The position numbers and the translations under genes were made by a program. A DNA stretch of 8,374 bases. Origin: a virus (lineage: Duplodnaviria > Heunggongvirae > Uroviricota > Caudoviricetes). Positions 1 through 8,324 of this stretch are shown piece after piece. Location of the stretch: the IMG/VR virus record IMGVR_UViG_2548876950_000002. One strand, given 5' to 3'. The notes beneath the pieces were generated by a model. It had not been told where the DNA came from, did no database searches, and saw only the letters and a list, made by a program, of their open reading frames with translations. Each line of letters begins with the position of its first letter. Position 1 is the stretch's first letter.

Positions 1-204
1 GTTACGCGAGCAGAGCAGGTCATCTACGACCAGAAATTCTCTGGCGCAGCCGCTGACCTTCTCAACGCTAACATCATCGCCCGTGATTTGGGCCTCAAAG
101 AGCAGTCGCAAGTTGAAGACGTGACACCTGATAAGGGAGATCGCGATAAGCGACGCTCTCGTATCAAGGAGCTATTCAACCGTGGAACTGGACGCGATTC
201 TTGA
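1..204 (+). CDS. Small terminase subunit (P22 gp3-like), C-terminal part only; 5' end lies upstream of the window
   Basis: Frame 1 is open from base 1 to TGA at 202-204 and translates to ...[67 protein letters not shown]. It lies directly upstream of and overlaps the large terminase gene, the conserved position for the small terminase. From memory it closely resembles the C-terminus of P22 gp3. Confidence 0.6.
   Translation, partial: VTRAEQVIYDQKFSGAAADLLNANIIARDLGLKEQSQVEDVTPDKGDRDKRRSRIKELFNRGTGRDS
166..171 (+). promoter_or_regulatory. Shine-Dalgarno AAGGAG for the large terminase GTG start
   Basis: AAGGAG at 166-171 sits 10 nt upstream of GTG at 182, inside the small terminase coding sequence. 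Confidence 0.6.
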
Positions 205-1678
205 TAACCTGAGCGACGAAGAGCAAATCGAGTTGCTCGAGCTACTCGAAGAAGAAGAGAACTACCGGAACACACACCTGCTATATGAATTTACGCCATA
301 CAGCAAACAGCGTGAGTTCATCGACGCCGGGCATGACTATCCAGAGCGATGTTTTATGGCTGGCAACCAGCTTGGTAAGTCATTTACTGGTGCTGCTGAA
401 GTCGCGTTTCACCTTACCGGGCGTTATCCGGGCACAAAAGGCTATCCTGCTGATGGTAAATATGGCGGTGAGTGGAAAGGTAAGCGTTTCTATGAGCCTG
501 TTGTCTTCTGGATTGGTGGCGAGACAAACGAGACTGTAACCAAAACGACTCAACGCATCCTGTGCGGTCGTATCGAAGAGAATGATGAGCCTGGCTACGG
601 TTCCATACCGAAAGAAGACATCATTAGCTGGAAGAAGTCTCCTTTCTTTCCGAACCTTGTTGATCATCTTCTGGTTAAGCATCACACGGCTGATGGCGTT
701 GAAGATGGCATTTCAATCTGCTACTTCAAGCCATACTCGCAAGGCCGTGCTCGCTGGCAGGGTGACACAATCCACGGCGTGTGGTTTGACGAAGAGCCAC
801 CATACAGCATTTATGGCGAAGGTCTTACCCGTACCAACAAATACGGGCAATTCTCAATTCTGACGTTTACCCCGCTGATGGGGATGTCTGACGTTGTTAC
901 CAAGTTCCTGAAGAATCCCAGCAAGTCGCAGAAAGTGGTCAACATGACCATCTATGACGCAGAGCACTACACCGACGAGCAGAAAGAGCAAATCATCGCA
1001 TCCTATCCTGAGCATGAGAGAGAGGCGCGTGCTCGCGGTATTCCAACGATGGGTAGCGGTCGAATCTTCCAGATACCGGAAGAGACGATTAAGTGTCAGC
1101 CGTTCGAGTGTCCTGATCACTTCTACGTCATCAATGCAATGGACTTCGGATGGGATCACCCACAGGCACATATCCAGCTTTGGTGGGATAAAGACGAGGA
1201 CGTGATTTATCTTTCTCGCGTCTGGAAGGCCAAACAGAAGAAGGCGACAGAGGCATGGAGTGCTGTTAAAGCATGGAGCAAAAACACCCCTACGGCTTGG
1301 CCTCATGACGGGCATCAGCACGAAAAGGGAGGCGGCGCTCAGCTCAAGGAACAATACGCCGACGCTGGGTTCGACATGTTGCCAGATCATGCAACATGGC
1401 CTGATGGAGGTAATGCGGTCGAACCCGGGATAGCAGAGATACGCGACATGATGCTCGACGGTCGTTTCAAGGTATTTAACACCTGCGAGCCATTCTTTGA
1501 AGAGTTTCGCCTGTATCACCGCGATGAGAACGGGAGGATCGTCAAGCTAAATGACGACATCCTTTCTGCTGTTCGCTATGGCTACATGATGAGGCGTTTT
1601 GCAATACAGATGCGAGACATCAAAGATCCTAAAGAGATTGATTACTCAAGCTACAACATACCTTGCGGAGTTGGATGA
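182..1678 (+). CDS. Terminase large subunit (P22 gp2-like; ATPase plus nuclease)
   Basis: 498-codon ORF with a GTG start preceded by a strong SD. It contains a deviant Walker A-like motif (AGNQLGKS) near the N-terminus, as expected for a terminase ATPase. Size matches the roughly 499-aa P22 gp2, and the position between small terminase and portal is canonical. Confidence 0.88.
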   Translation: MELDAILDNLSDEEQIELLELLEEEENYRNTHLLYEFTPYSKQREFIDAGHDYPERCFMAGNQLGKSFTGAAEVAFHLTGRYPGTKGYPADGKYGGEWKGKRFYEPVVFWIGGETNETVTKTTQRILCGRIEENDEPGYGSIPKEDIISWKKSPFFPNLVDHLLVKHHTADGVEDGISICYFKPYSQGRARWQGDTIHGVWFDEEPPYSIYGEGLTRTNKYGQFSILTFTPLMGMSDVVTKFLKNPSKSQKVVNMTIYDAEHYTDEQKEQIIASYPEHEREARARGIPTMGSGRIFQIPEETIKCQPFECPDHFYVINAMDFGWDHPQAHIQLWWDKDEDVIYLSRVWKAKQKKATEAWSAVKAWSKNTPTAWPHDGHQHEKGGGAQLKEQYADAGFDMLPDHATWPDGGNAVEPGIAEIRDMMLDGRFKVFNTCEPFFEEFRLYHRDENGRIVKLNDDILSAVRYGYMMRRFAIQMRDIKDPKEIDYSSYNIPCGVG

Positions 1679-3879
1679 TGGCTGATGATAGAAAGATGAC
1701 TGACTGGCATCGCAAGGTGCTGTGCAACTTTGATAATGCCTGGTCAGCAACGCAGGATATGCGTGAGCAGATTATTGAGGCTCAACGTTTCGTCCGGGTA
1801 TCCGGCGCACAGTGGGAAGGCAGCACAAACGCTGGTTACTCATTTGATGAAGGAAGGTTTGAGCATTACCCGCGCTTTGAGCTGAATAAGATTGCCCGTG
1901 AATGTGATCGCATCATTGGCGAGTATCGACAGAATCGCATCAGCGTTAAATTCAGGCCGAAGGACGATAAGGCATCGGAAGCGTTAGCCGAAAAGATGAA
2001 CGGCAAATTCCGCGCTGACTATCAGGAAACATCCGGTGGCGAAGCGTGTGATAACGCATTTGATGATGCTGTAACGGGCGGATTCGGTTGTTTCCGCATG
2101 TGTGCCGATTACGAAGATGAAATGGATCCGAGTAACGAGCAGCGCCGTATAAGCCTTCTTCCTGTTTACGACCCAGCGACATGCGTCTTCTTCGATCAGG
2201 ACAGCAAGCAATATGACCGCTCTGATGCTATGTGGGCTATGGAAATGTTCTCCATGACGCCTAAAGCGTTCGAGGCTGAATACCCTGACTCCATCGCGGC
2301 AAGTCTTTCTCGTGATGACGCTGGTACTCAGTATGGCTGGTCAACGCCTGATGCCATCTATGTTGGACGCTACTACGAAGTTCGCATAGAGAAGGTGAAG
2401 CTCACGGCGTGGCGCAATCCTGTCAGCGGAGAAACGGCAATCTATGATGAAGAGCAAATCAAAGATATTGTCGACGAGCTGACCGATGGTGCATTCGAAC
2501 TGATTGGCGAGCGAACGGTGAAGAAGCGCCGCGTTTATTGCGGTCTTCTGTCTGGCGCTGAATGGCTGGAAGAACCGAAGCGTATTCCGGGCGAACATAT
2601 TCCTCTCATCCCGGTATATGGGCGTCGCTCATTTGTTGATAATCAGGAGCGAATAGAAGGCCACGCAGCAAAAGCGATGGATGCACAGCGTCTTGAGAAC
2701 CTGATGGTTTCCATGATTGCAGATAACGCTACTCAGGCTGGCGGTGATGGCATTCCTGTAGTTGATGTTGACATGATTCCTGGTCCTCTCGCCAATCATT
2801 GGGCGGAGCGCAACAAAAAGCGCCCGGCGTTCCTGCCGATGGTAAGTCTGAAAAACAAAAACGGAGATATTACTGCGCAGGCTCAGGTCAGCAGTTATAC
2901 ACCTCCGACACAAATGCCTCCTGCTCTTGCCTGGTTATTGCAGTACACCGGAACGGCTATTCAGCAAATTACCGGGGCTTCGCAGCTTGAGAACATGCCG
3001 AGCAACGTCGCCACCGATACCGTTGATAGCATCTTTAACCGGATGGACACGCAGTCCTATATCTACATGGACAACATGGCTAAATCCATGCGTCGCGCTG
3101 GCGTTGTGTGGCTTTCTATGGCGCGTGAGGTCTATGGCAGTGATACGCCGATGCGTATCGTGAATGAGGACGACAGCGATGACGTGGCGCTGATGACTGG
3201 TGAAGTGGTTGACCGTCAGACAGGGCAGGTTATCGCGCTTAACGACCTTTCGCAGGGTAACTATGAAGTGACTGTCGATGTCGGTCAGTCGTTCGCTACT
3301 CGCCGTGATGCAACGGTTAAGTCGTTACTTTCCATGCTGGCACTTATCCCACCAGGAACGCCGAAGCACGACCTTGTATCGTCGATGATTCTCGACAATA
3401 TGGACGGCGAAGGGATGGACGACCTGAAAGAATACAACCGCAATCAGTTGCTTCTGTCTGGCGTTATCAAGCCGAGAACGCCTGAAGAACAGCAAATGGT
3501 TGAGCAGGCGAAACAACAACAGGCCAGTCAGCCAGATCCGGCTATGGTTGCTGCGCAAGGTCAGCTTCTTGCTGGTCAGGCTGAATTGCAGAAAGCGCAG
3601 AACGAACAGGCAGCCATTCAGGTTAAAGCATTCCAGGCACAGACTGATGCTCAGGTTGCAGCGGCAAATGTTGTGAAAATACTCGCATCTGCCGATAGTC
3701 AGCAGAAATCTGATATCCGCGAGGCTCTGAAACTGCTCGGACAGTTCCAGCAACAGCAAGGAGACAATGCCCGTGCTGATGCAGAGCTTGTCCTGAAAAG
3801 TCAGGCACAGGGCCATGCGCAGCGCATGGACATCAGCAGCATCCTGCAAAAATCAACTCAGCAACAACCACAGCAGTAA
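1678..3879 (+). CDS. Portal protein (P22 gp1-like) with a Q/A-rich C-terminal helical barrel region
   Basis: Long ORF ending at TAA 3877-3879. I chose ATG 1678 (MADDRK...) because GGAG at 1667-1670 gives 7-nt spacing and P22 portal starts MAD...; ATG 1675 (forming an ATGA overlap with the terminase stop) and TTG 1663 from the ORF track are alternatives. The C-terminal segment (PEEQQ...AQGQLLAGQAELQKAQN...RMDISSILQ...) resembles the P22 portal barrel as I recall it. Confidence 0.88.
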   Translation: MADDRKMTDWHRKVLCNFDNAWSATQDMREQIIEAQRFVRVSGAQWEGSTNAGYSFDEGRFEHYPRFELNKIARECDRIIGEYRQNRISVKFRPKDDKASEALAEKMNGKFRADYQETSGGEACDNAFDDAVTGGFGCFRMCADYEDEMDPSNEQRRISLLPVYDPATCVFFDQDSKQYDRSDAMWAMEMFSMTPKAFEAEYPDSIAASLSRDDAGTQYGWSTPDAIYVGRYYEVRIEKVKLTAWRNPVSGETAIYDEEQIKDIVDELTDGAFELIGERTVKKRRVYCGLLSGAEWLEEPKRIPGEHIPLIPVYGRRSFVDNQERIEGHAAKAMDAQRLENLMVSMIADNATQAGGDGIPVVDVDMIPGPLANHWAERNKKRPAFLPMVSLKNKNGDITAQAQVSSYTPPTQMPPALAWLLQYTGTAIQQITGASQLENMPSNVATDTVDSIFNRMDTQSYIYMDNMAKSMRRAGVVWLSMAREVYGSDTPMRIVNEDDSDDVALMTGEVVDRQTGQVIALNDLSQGNYEVTVDVGQSFATRRDATVKSLLSMLALIPPGTPKHDLVSSMILDNMDGEGMDDLKEYNRNQLLLSGVIKPRTPEEQQMVEQAKQQQASQPDPAMVAAQGQLLAGQAELQKAQNEQAAIQVKAFQAQTDAQVAAANVVKILASADSQQKSDIREALKLLGQFQQQQGDNARADAELVLKSQAQGHAQRMDISSILQKSTQQQPQQ

Positions 3880-3969
3880 TTAACCCATAACGTGCAATGG
3901 CTGTCTTTATGAGGCCTGGCACCCTATTGCCTTCCGATGGGCTGAACATCGAGTAAACAGGGGTAACAA

Positions 3970-4863
3970 ATGGACCAGATGGCAGAAAACACACCAGAAG
4001 TTGAAATCGAAACCGATACATCAGAGCAGATTCCTGATGATGTCGAACTGGCTGAAGAAGTCGAAACAGAAGATGGCAGTGAGTCCTCCGGCAATGATGC
4101 AGAGGAAGCTACTGAAACTGATGACGACGAATCAGAACAGGAATTCTACTTTGGTGACGAAAAGCTGGATTCGCCAACCAGCGAAGATGGCGCAGAGCAT
4201 GGACTGGTAAAACACCTGCGCAAGACGATTAAAGAGAAAGACCGCGAGCTGAAAGAGCTGATGCGTCAGTCTCAGAAACCCGTCGAGCAGCAGCCGGTAA
4301 TCACTCAACCACCTCGAATGCCAAAACTGGATGATGAGGACATCGGTTTCGATGAAGAAATCTACCAGCAACGCATGGCTAAGTGGGCAGAGGATAACGG
4401 CAAGTACCAGCAACAGGAGATGGCTCGCAAGCAGAAGGAGCAGGAGCTTCAGGCTGCCTATCAAGAGCGATTATCCAAATATCAGCAACGTGTTAAGGCT
4501 CTCAAAGTTCCTGGCTATCAGGAAGCTGAGCAGGCCGTACTCGAGGAAATCCCAATCGAGACACAAAACGCGATCCTGTTTGAGTCAGAGAAGCCGGAGA
4601 TCGTTGTTCTGGCACTCGGTCGCAACGCTGAACTGCGCAAGCAACTGGCAGAAGCTACCAACCCCGTAGCAATTGGTCGTCTGCTGGAACGTATCGAATC
4701 GAAGGCCAGAATCATGCCAAAAGCAAAAACCACGGCAGCCACAACCCCGACAGTTAAGGGGAGCAACGGCGCAGTAATCAATAACCTCGACAAACTGAAA
4801 GCCAAGGCGCTGGAAACTGGTGACTGGACGCCGTATTTCGCCGCCAAAAAGGCAAAAAAATAA
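3970..4863 (+). CDS. Scaffolding protein (P22 gp8-like position); acidic N-terminus, basic C-terminal coat-binding-like tail
   Basis: 297-codon ORF between portal and coat with an SD-like AGGGG about 7 nt upstream. The C-terminus (...LDKLKAKALETGDWTPYFAAKKAKK) resembles the basic helix-turn-helix coat-binding end of P22 scaffold. Assignment rests mainly on synteny and composition. ATG 3979 is an alternative start. Confidence 0.72.
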   Translation: MDQMAENTPEVEIETDTSEQIPDDVELAEEVETEDGSESSGNDAEEATETDDDESEQEFYFGDEKLDSPTSEDGAEHGLVKHLRKTIKEKDRELKELMRQSQKPVEQQPVITQPPRMPKLDDEDIGFDEEIYQQRMAKWAEDNGKYQQQEMARKQKEQELQAAYQERLSKYQQRVKALKVPGYQEAEQAVLEEIPIETQNAILFESEKPEIVVLALGRNAELRKQLAEATNPVAIGRLLERIESKARIMPKAKTTAATTPTVKGSNGAVINNLDKLKAKALETGDWTPYFAAKKAKK

Positions 4864-4869
4864 CCTATC

Positions 4870-4873
4870 GGAG
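4870..4873 (+). promoter_or_regulatory. Shine-Dalgarno GGAG for the coat gene
   Basis: GGAG lies 8 nt upstream of ATG 4882. Confidence 0.6.
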
Positions 4874-4881
4874 CATTAAGC

Positions 4882-6135
4882 ATGGCTAACCAATTAGCAA
4901 AAGGCCTTGAAATCATGTTCGAAAACTACGTTGAAGGCTTTGAGGCCGCCTGCGTAGTTTCCCGTAACGCTAAAAAATTCCGTCCCGGTGATACAGCAAT
5001 GCAGCGAGCAGGTGATGTTCTGTATCGTCCGCAGCATTACCACATGAACATTGAGGAAGGCCTAGACCTCAGCGGCAAAACGCCAACAGCACTGGTTCAG
5101 CGCCTTGTTCCTTCTGTGTTCAAGGAGCCGAAAAACATTCTGTACACTCTGGATGCGCGTGAAATGCGTGACCCGGAACATAAAACTGAAGCTGGTCGCG
5201 CCGCAGGTATGCGCCTTGCTGCACAGATTGACTCTGACCTGATTTCCATGGTTACGCAGCGTGCTACTAACGTGATCACGATGGCTGACTCAACCACAGG
5301 TTCACAGGGCCGTGATTTGTGGAACTGTGCGGCAGGTATTGATGCCACCATGACGGCGATTGGTGTACCTCAGGGTATCAACCGTCGCTCTTTCTGGAAC
5401 CCCTTCAACTACAAAGACCTTGCTGGCGAGCTTAGTCACCGTGCCTATGCTCAGGGCGCAACCCTGACAGCATACGAAAAAGCGCAAATCCCTCCGGTTG
5501 CGTCCTTCGATAGCTACAAGACCGATATTTCTGGTCGTGTTCCGAAGGGTACAGCAACTTCCATTACGCTGGCAGCAGCACCTGCGCACAAGGTTGAAGC
5601 GAAAGATGCTAACGATATGCCAGTGGATAACCGACAGGGGACCATTACGGTATCTGCTGAAGGTTTGCAGGTTGGCGATGCGTTTACCATCGCAGGGGTG
5701 AATTCTGTACACCAGATCACCAAAGATACCACCGGGCAGCCGCAGGTATTCCGCGTTCTGGCAGTAAGCGGAACGACAGTAACTATCTCCCCGAAAATTC
5801 TGCCGCCTGACAACGCGGATGTCGCCAGCCGACCATATGCAAACGTTGATGCTAACGCGGCAAATGGTGCAGCAATTACCATTCTCAACAAAAATGCCGC
5901 ACCGGCTAACCTATTCTGGGCTGATGGTTCTGTTGAGCTGATGTACGGCAAACTGGCGTTCCCGACTGGTCAGGGTCCACAGGTAATGACAGCAACCACC
6001 GAGCAGGGCGCTACGCTGATCATGTCTTACGCCTTCGACCACATCAAAGGCGTAACCACTGCTCGTTTCACCACTCTGTATGGTTGCTCTGTACTTGTTC
6101 CTGAATATACGGGCATCGTTATTGCCGGGCAGTAA
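4882..6135 (+). CDS. Major capsid (coat) protein, P22 gp5-like (HK97 fold with inserted domain expected)
   Basis: 417-codon ORF with a good SD, directly after the scaffold gene. Size is close to P22 coat (about 430 aa), and the motif FWADGSVELM resembles the P22 coat motif FWADDAIRIV as I recall it. The gene is followed by a terminator-like hairpin, typical of a highly expressed coat gene. Confidence 0.85.
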   Translation: MANQLAKGLEIMFENYVEGFEAACVVSRNAKKFRPGDTAMQRAGDVLYRPQHYHMNIEEGLDLSGKTPTALVQRLVPSVFKEPKNILYTLDAREMRDPEHKTEAGRAAGMRLAAQIDSDLISMVTQRATNVITMADSTTGSQGRDLWNCAAGIDATMTAIGVPQGINRRSFWNPFNYKDLAGELSHRAYAQGATLTAYEKAQIPPVASFDSYKTDISGRVPKGTATSITLAAAPAHKVEAKDANDMPVDNRQGTITVSAEGLQVGDAFTIAGVNSVHQITKDTTGQPQVFRVLAVSGTTVTISPKILPPDNADVASRPYANVDANAANGAAITILNKNAAPANLFWADGSVELMYGKLAFPTGQGPQVMTATTEQGATLIMSYAFDHIKGVTTARFTTLYGCSVLVPEYTGIVIAGQ

Positions 6136-6142
6136 TTTTGGT

Positions 6143-6165
6143 GGGGCTTCGGCCCCATTTTTATT
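6143..6165 (+). terminator. Intrinsic-terminator-like hairpin: GGGGC / TTCG loop / GCCCC followed by ATTTTTATT
   Basis: Perfect 5-bp GC stem at 6143-6147 and 6152-6156 with a TTCG tetraloop at 6148-6151. The stem can be extended by a T-A and G-T pair, and a T-rich tract follows at 6157-6165. It lies 8 nt after the coat stop codon. Confidence 0.6.
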
Positions 6166-6176
6166 GGGAGAAGACA

Positions 6177-6365
6177 ATGGCACGAACAATGCTCTATAAG
6201 CCTGGCAACATGATCACCTGTGGTCAGTTTGCTGTCGATTACATCATTGTTGATGACGAAGAAGTTAAATCTCACCTGAAAAAAGGCTGGGTAAAAACTC
6301 CTGAAGAAACCGCAACGAAGCATAAAGTGGCTAAGGCGGAAGAAGATGGCGAAAACGAAGGGTGA
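6177..6365 (+). CDS. Small hypothetical protein (62 aa), in the position of the small ORF between coat and gp4 in P22-like phages
   Basis: ATG 6177 is preceded by GGGAG at 6166-6170 with 6-nt spacing. The product has an acidic C-terminus (...KAEEDGENEG). It overlaps the gp4-like start by 20 nt. Function unknown. Confidence 0.5.
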   Translation: MARTMLYKPGNMITCGQFAVDYIIVDDEEVKSHLKKGWVKTPEETATKHKVAKAEEDGENEG

Positions 6366-6807
6366 TCTCGTTCTTAAGGCTTTACGAAAAGCCGGGCTGT
6401 ATTCCAATGCCACGTTGACAGATGCCGACCCTCAGGCAATTGAAGATGCCATTAATGACCTCGAAGACATGATGGCAGCATGGCAGGCGAAAGGTATCGA
6501 GCTTGGGTATCAGTTTGCTGATACAGAAAACGGCATCATGCCGTTGCCTGACGATGATTCAGGTATCCCTGCATGGGCAAATGATGGCGTCGCTTTGAAA
6601 CTCGCTGTGCAAGTGTGCATGGATAACGTCATTCAGCCGTCAGACGCTCTCCTTACCGCTGCTGACAGTGCATATCAAACAATCTGTATCGCTTTAACCA
6701 AAATACCACCACTTGAGCGGCGAAATGACATGCCTCGCGGTAGTGGTAACAAAAGCGCGTTTACGTGGAATCGGTTTTACATCGAGAAAGATGATCCGAG
6801 TACGTGA
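6346..6807 (+). CDS. Head completion / tail adaptor protein (P22 gp4-like)
   Basis: 153-codon ORF. The N-terminus (MAKTKGDLVLKALRKAGLYSNATLTDADPQAIEDAINDLEDMMAAWQ) matches the conserved gp4 N-terminal pattern as I recall it (TKGDL...ALRK...ATLTD...PQ...DLE.MMA.W). Synteny is canonical. Confidence 0.82.
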   Translation: MAKTKGDLVLKALRKAGLYSNATLTDADPQAIEDAINDLEDMMAAWQAKGIELGYQFADTENGIMPLPDDDSGIPAWANDGVALKLAVQVCMDNVIQPSDALLTAADSAYQTICIALTKIPPLERRNDMPRGSGNKSAFTWNRFYIEKDDPST

Positions 6808-6816
6808 GGTGAATAA

Positions 6817-8235
6817 ATGCCGATTCAGCAACTTCCGCTTATGAAAGGTGTCGGCAAAGACTTTCGAAACGCCGACTATATCGACTATCTGCCAGTGAAT
6901 ATGTTGGCTACACCCAAAGAAATCCTGAACAGCAGCGGATATCTTCGCTCATTCCCGGGCATTGCCAAACGTTCTGATGTGAACGGAGTATCGCGAGGCG
7001 TCGAGTACAACATGGCGCAGAATGCTGTTTATCGCGTGTGTGGTGGCAAGCTGTACAAAGGAGAAAGTGAAGTCGGTGACGTCGCCGGAAGTGGTCGTGT
7101 ATCAATGGCGCATGGTCGGACATCACAGGCGGTAGGTGTTAATGGTCAACTGGTCGAGTATCGCTATGATGGCACTGTTAAAACCGTCTCAAACTGGCCT
7201 ACAGACAGCGGTTTTACGCAGTATGAGTTAGGTTCAGTTCGCGACATTACGCGCTTACGTGGGCGTTATGCGTGGTCAAAAGACGGTACTGATTCATGGT
7301 TTATCACTGACCTTGAAGACGAATCGCACCCTGACCGCTACAGCGCACAATATCGTGCAGAATCGCAGCCTGACGGCATCATCGGCATAGGTACATGGCG
7401 AGACTTTATCGTCTGCTTTGGTTCATCGACAATTGAATATTTCTCCCTGACTGGTGCAACCACCGTTGGTGCCGCTTTGTATGTCGCACAGCCATCGCTG
7501 ATGGTGCAGAAAGGTATTGCCGGGACTTACTGCAAAACGCCATTCGCTGATTCTTATGCGTTCATCAGCAATCCGGCAACAGGTGCGCCGTCTGTATACA
7601 TCATCGGCTCCGGTCAGGTATCACCAATCGCCAGCGCGAGCATTGAGAAAATCCTCCGCTCCTACACTGCTGATGAACTGGCTGATGGTGTGATGGAATC
7701 GCTGCGGTTTGATGCTCATGAGTTGCTGATTATCCACCTTCCTCGCCATGCTCTCGTGTACGACGCATCTTCAAGCGCAAATGGTCCGCAATGGTGTGTG
7801 CTGAAAACAGGCCTGTATGACGATGTGTACCGCGCTATCGACTTCATTTACGAAGGCAATCAGATAACGTGCGGCGATAAGCTGGAATCCGTGACCGGGA
7901 AACTGCAGTTCGATATCAGCAGCCAGTATGGTCTTCAACAGGAACACCTGCTGTTTACTCCACTCTTCAAAGCAGATAACGCCAGATGCTTTGATCTGGA
8001 GGTGGAATCATCGACGGGTGTTGCGCAGTACGCCGACCGCCTTTTTCTCTCTGCAACCACTGACGGCATCAATTACGGTCGTGAGCAGATGATTGAGCAG
8101 AATGAACCGTTCGTTTACGACAAACGCGTTTTGTGGAAGAAAGTAGGGCGCATCAGGAAAAACATTGGTTTCAAATTGCGCGTTATCACGAAGTCACCTG
8201 TCACTCTGTCAGGCTGCCAGATAAGGATTGAGTAA
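6817..8235 (+). CDS. Tail hub protein (P22 gp10-like)
   Basis: 472-codon ORF, the same length as P22 gp10, lying between the gp4-like and needle genes. SD GAGGTG at 6806-6811. Its stop overlaps the needle start as TAATG. Confidence 0.82.
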   Translation: MPIQQLPLMKGVGKDFRNADYIDYLPVNMLATPKEILNSSGYLRSFPGIAKRSDVNGVSRGVEYNMAQNAVYRVCGGKLYKGESEVGDVAGSGRVSMAHGRTSQAVGVNGQLVEYRYDGTVKTVSNWPTDSGFTQYELGSVRDITRLRGRYAWSKDGTDSWFITDLEDESHPDRYSAQYRAESQPDGIIGIGTWRDFIVCFGSSTIEYFSLTGATTVGAALYVAQPSLMVQKGIAGTYCKTPFADSYAFISNPATGAPSVYIIGSGQVSPIASASIEKILRSYTADELADGVMESLRFDAHELLIIHLPRHALVYDASSSANGPQWCVLKTGLYDDVYRAIDFIYEGNQITCGDKLESVTGKLQFDISSQYGLQQEHLLFTPLFKADNARCFDLEVESSTGVAQYADRLFLSATTDGINYGREQMIEQNEPFVYDKRVLWKKVGRIRKNIGFKLRVITKSPVTLSGCQIRIE

Positions 8236-8324
8236 TGGCTGATTCGAATCTCAATACACCTGTTATTGTTCAGGCTACACGGCTCGACACATCAGTCCTT
8301 CCACGCAATATCTTCTCGCAGTGA
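8235..8324 (+). pseudogene. Tail needle (P22 gp26-like) N-terminal 29 codons, truncated by an in-frame TGA at 8322-8324 contributed by an inserted element
   Basis: ATG 8235 overlaps the gp10-like stop and has an AAGGA SD 7 nt upstream. The translation [29 protein letters not shown] matches the P22 gp26 N-tip ([29 protein letters not shown]...) as I recall it. Resemblance ends abruptly at the TGA. Confidence 0.6.

Noticed and set aside
854-1519. 221-aa ORF on the minus strand inside the large terminase gene
   Set aside because: It is entirely antisense to a well-supported conserved CDS, has no SD or promoter context, and its translation looks compositionally random. Likely a chance ORF.
1663-1677. 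TTG 1663 start for the portal (ORF-track N-terminus [11 protein letters not shown])
   Set aside because: The upstream extension lies inside the terminase coding sequence with no SD. ATG 1678, or 1675, with GGAG at 1667-1670 fits better and gives an MAD... N-terminus like P22 portal.
2799-3163. Short + strand ORFs (63 and 78 aa) in alternative frames within the portal gene
   Set aside because: They are embedded out of frame in a conserved CDS, without RBS and with low-complexity translations. Chance ORFs.
3325-3849. 174-aa minus-strand ORF antisense to the portal C-terminus
   Set aside because: It is Leu/Cys-rich as expected from reading the complement of CAG/CAA/GCN-rich sense codons. Artefact of the low-complexity portal barrel region.
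4132-4464. 110-aa minus-strand ORF (poly-Leu) antisense to the scaffold gene
   Set aside because: The poly-Leu content is the complement of GAG/CAG-rich scaffold codons. No independent start signals.
4518-4916. 132-aa minus-strand ORF spanning the scaffold/coat junction
   Set aside because: It overlaps two strongly supported + strand genes and their RBS. No supporting signals.
8322-8324. In-frame TGA in the needle gene as programmed readthrough or selenocysteine recoding, or as a sequencing error
   Set aside because: The codon coincides exactly with the 5'-TG start of a sequence I recognise as an IS3-family terminal repeat, and needle homology ends there. Insertional disruption explains it more simply. 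A sequencing error cannot be fully excluded without reads.
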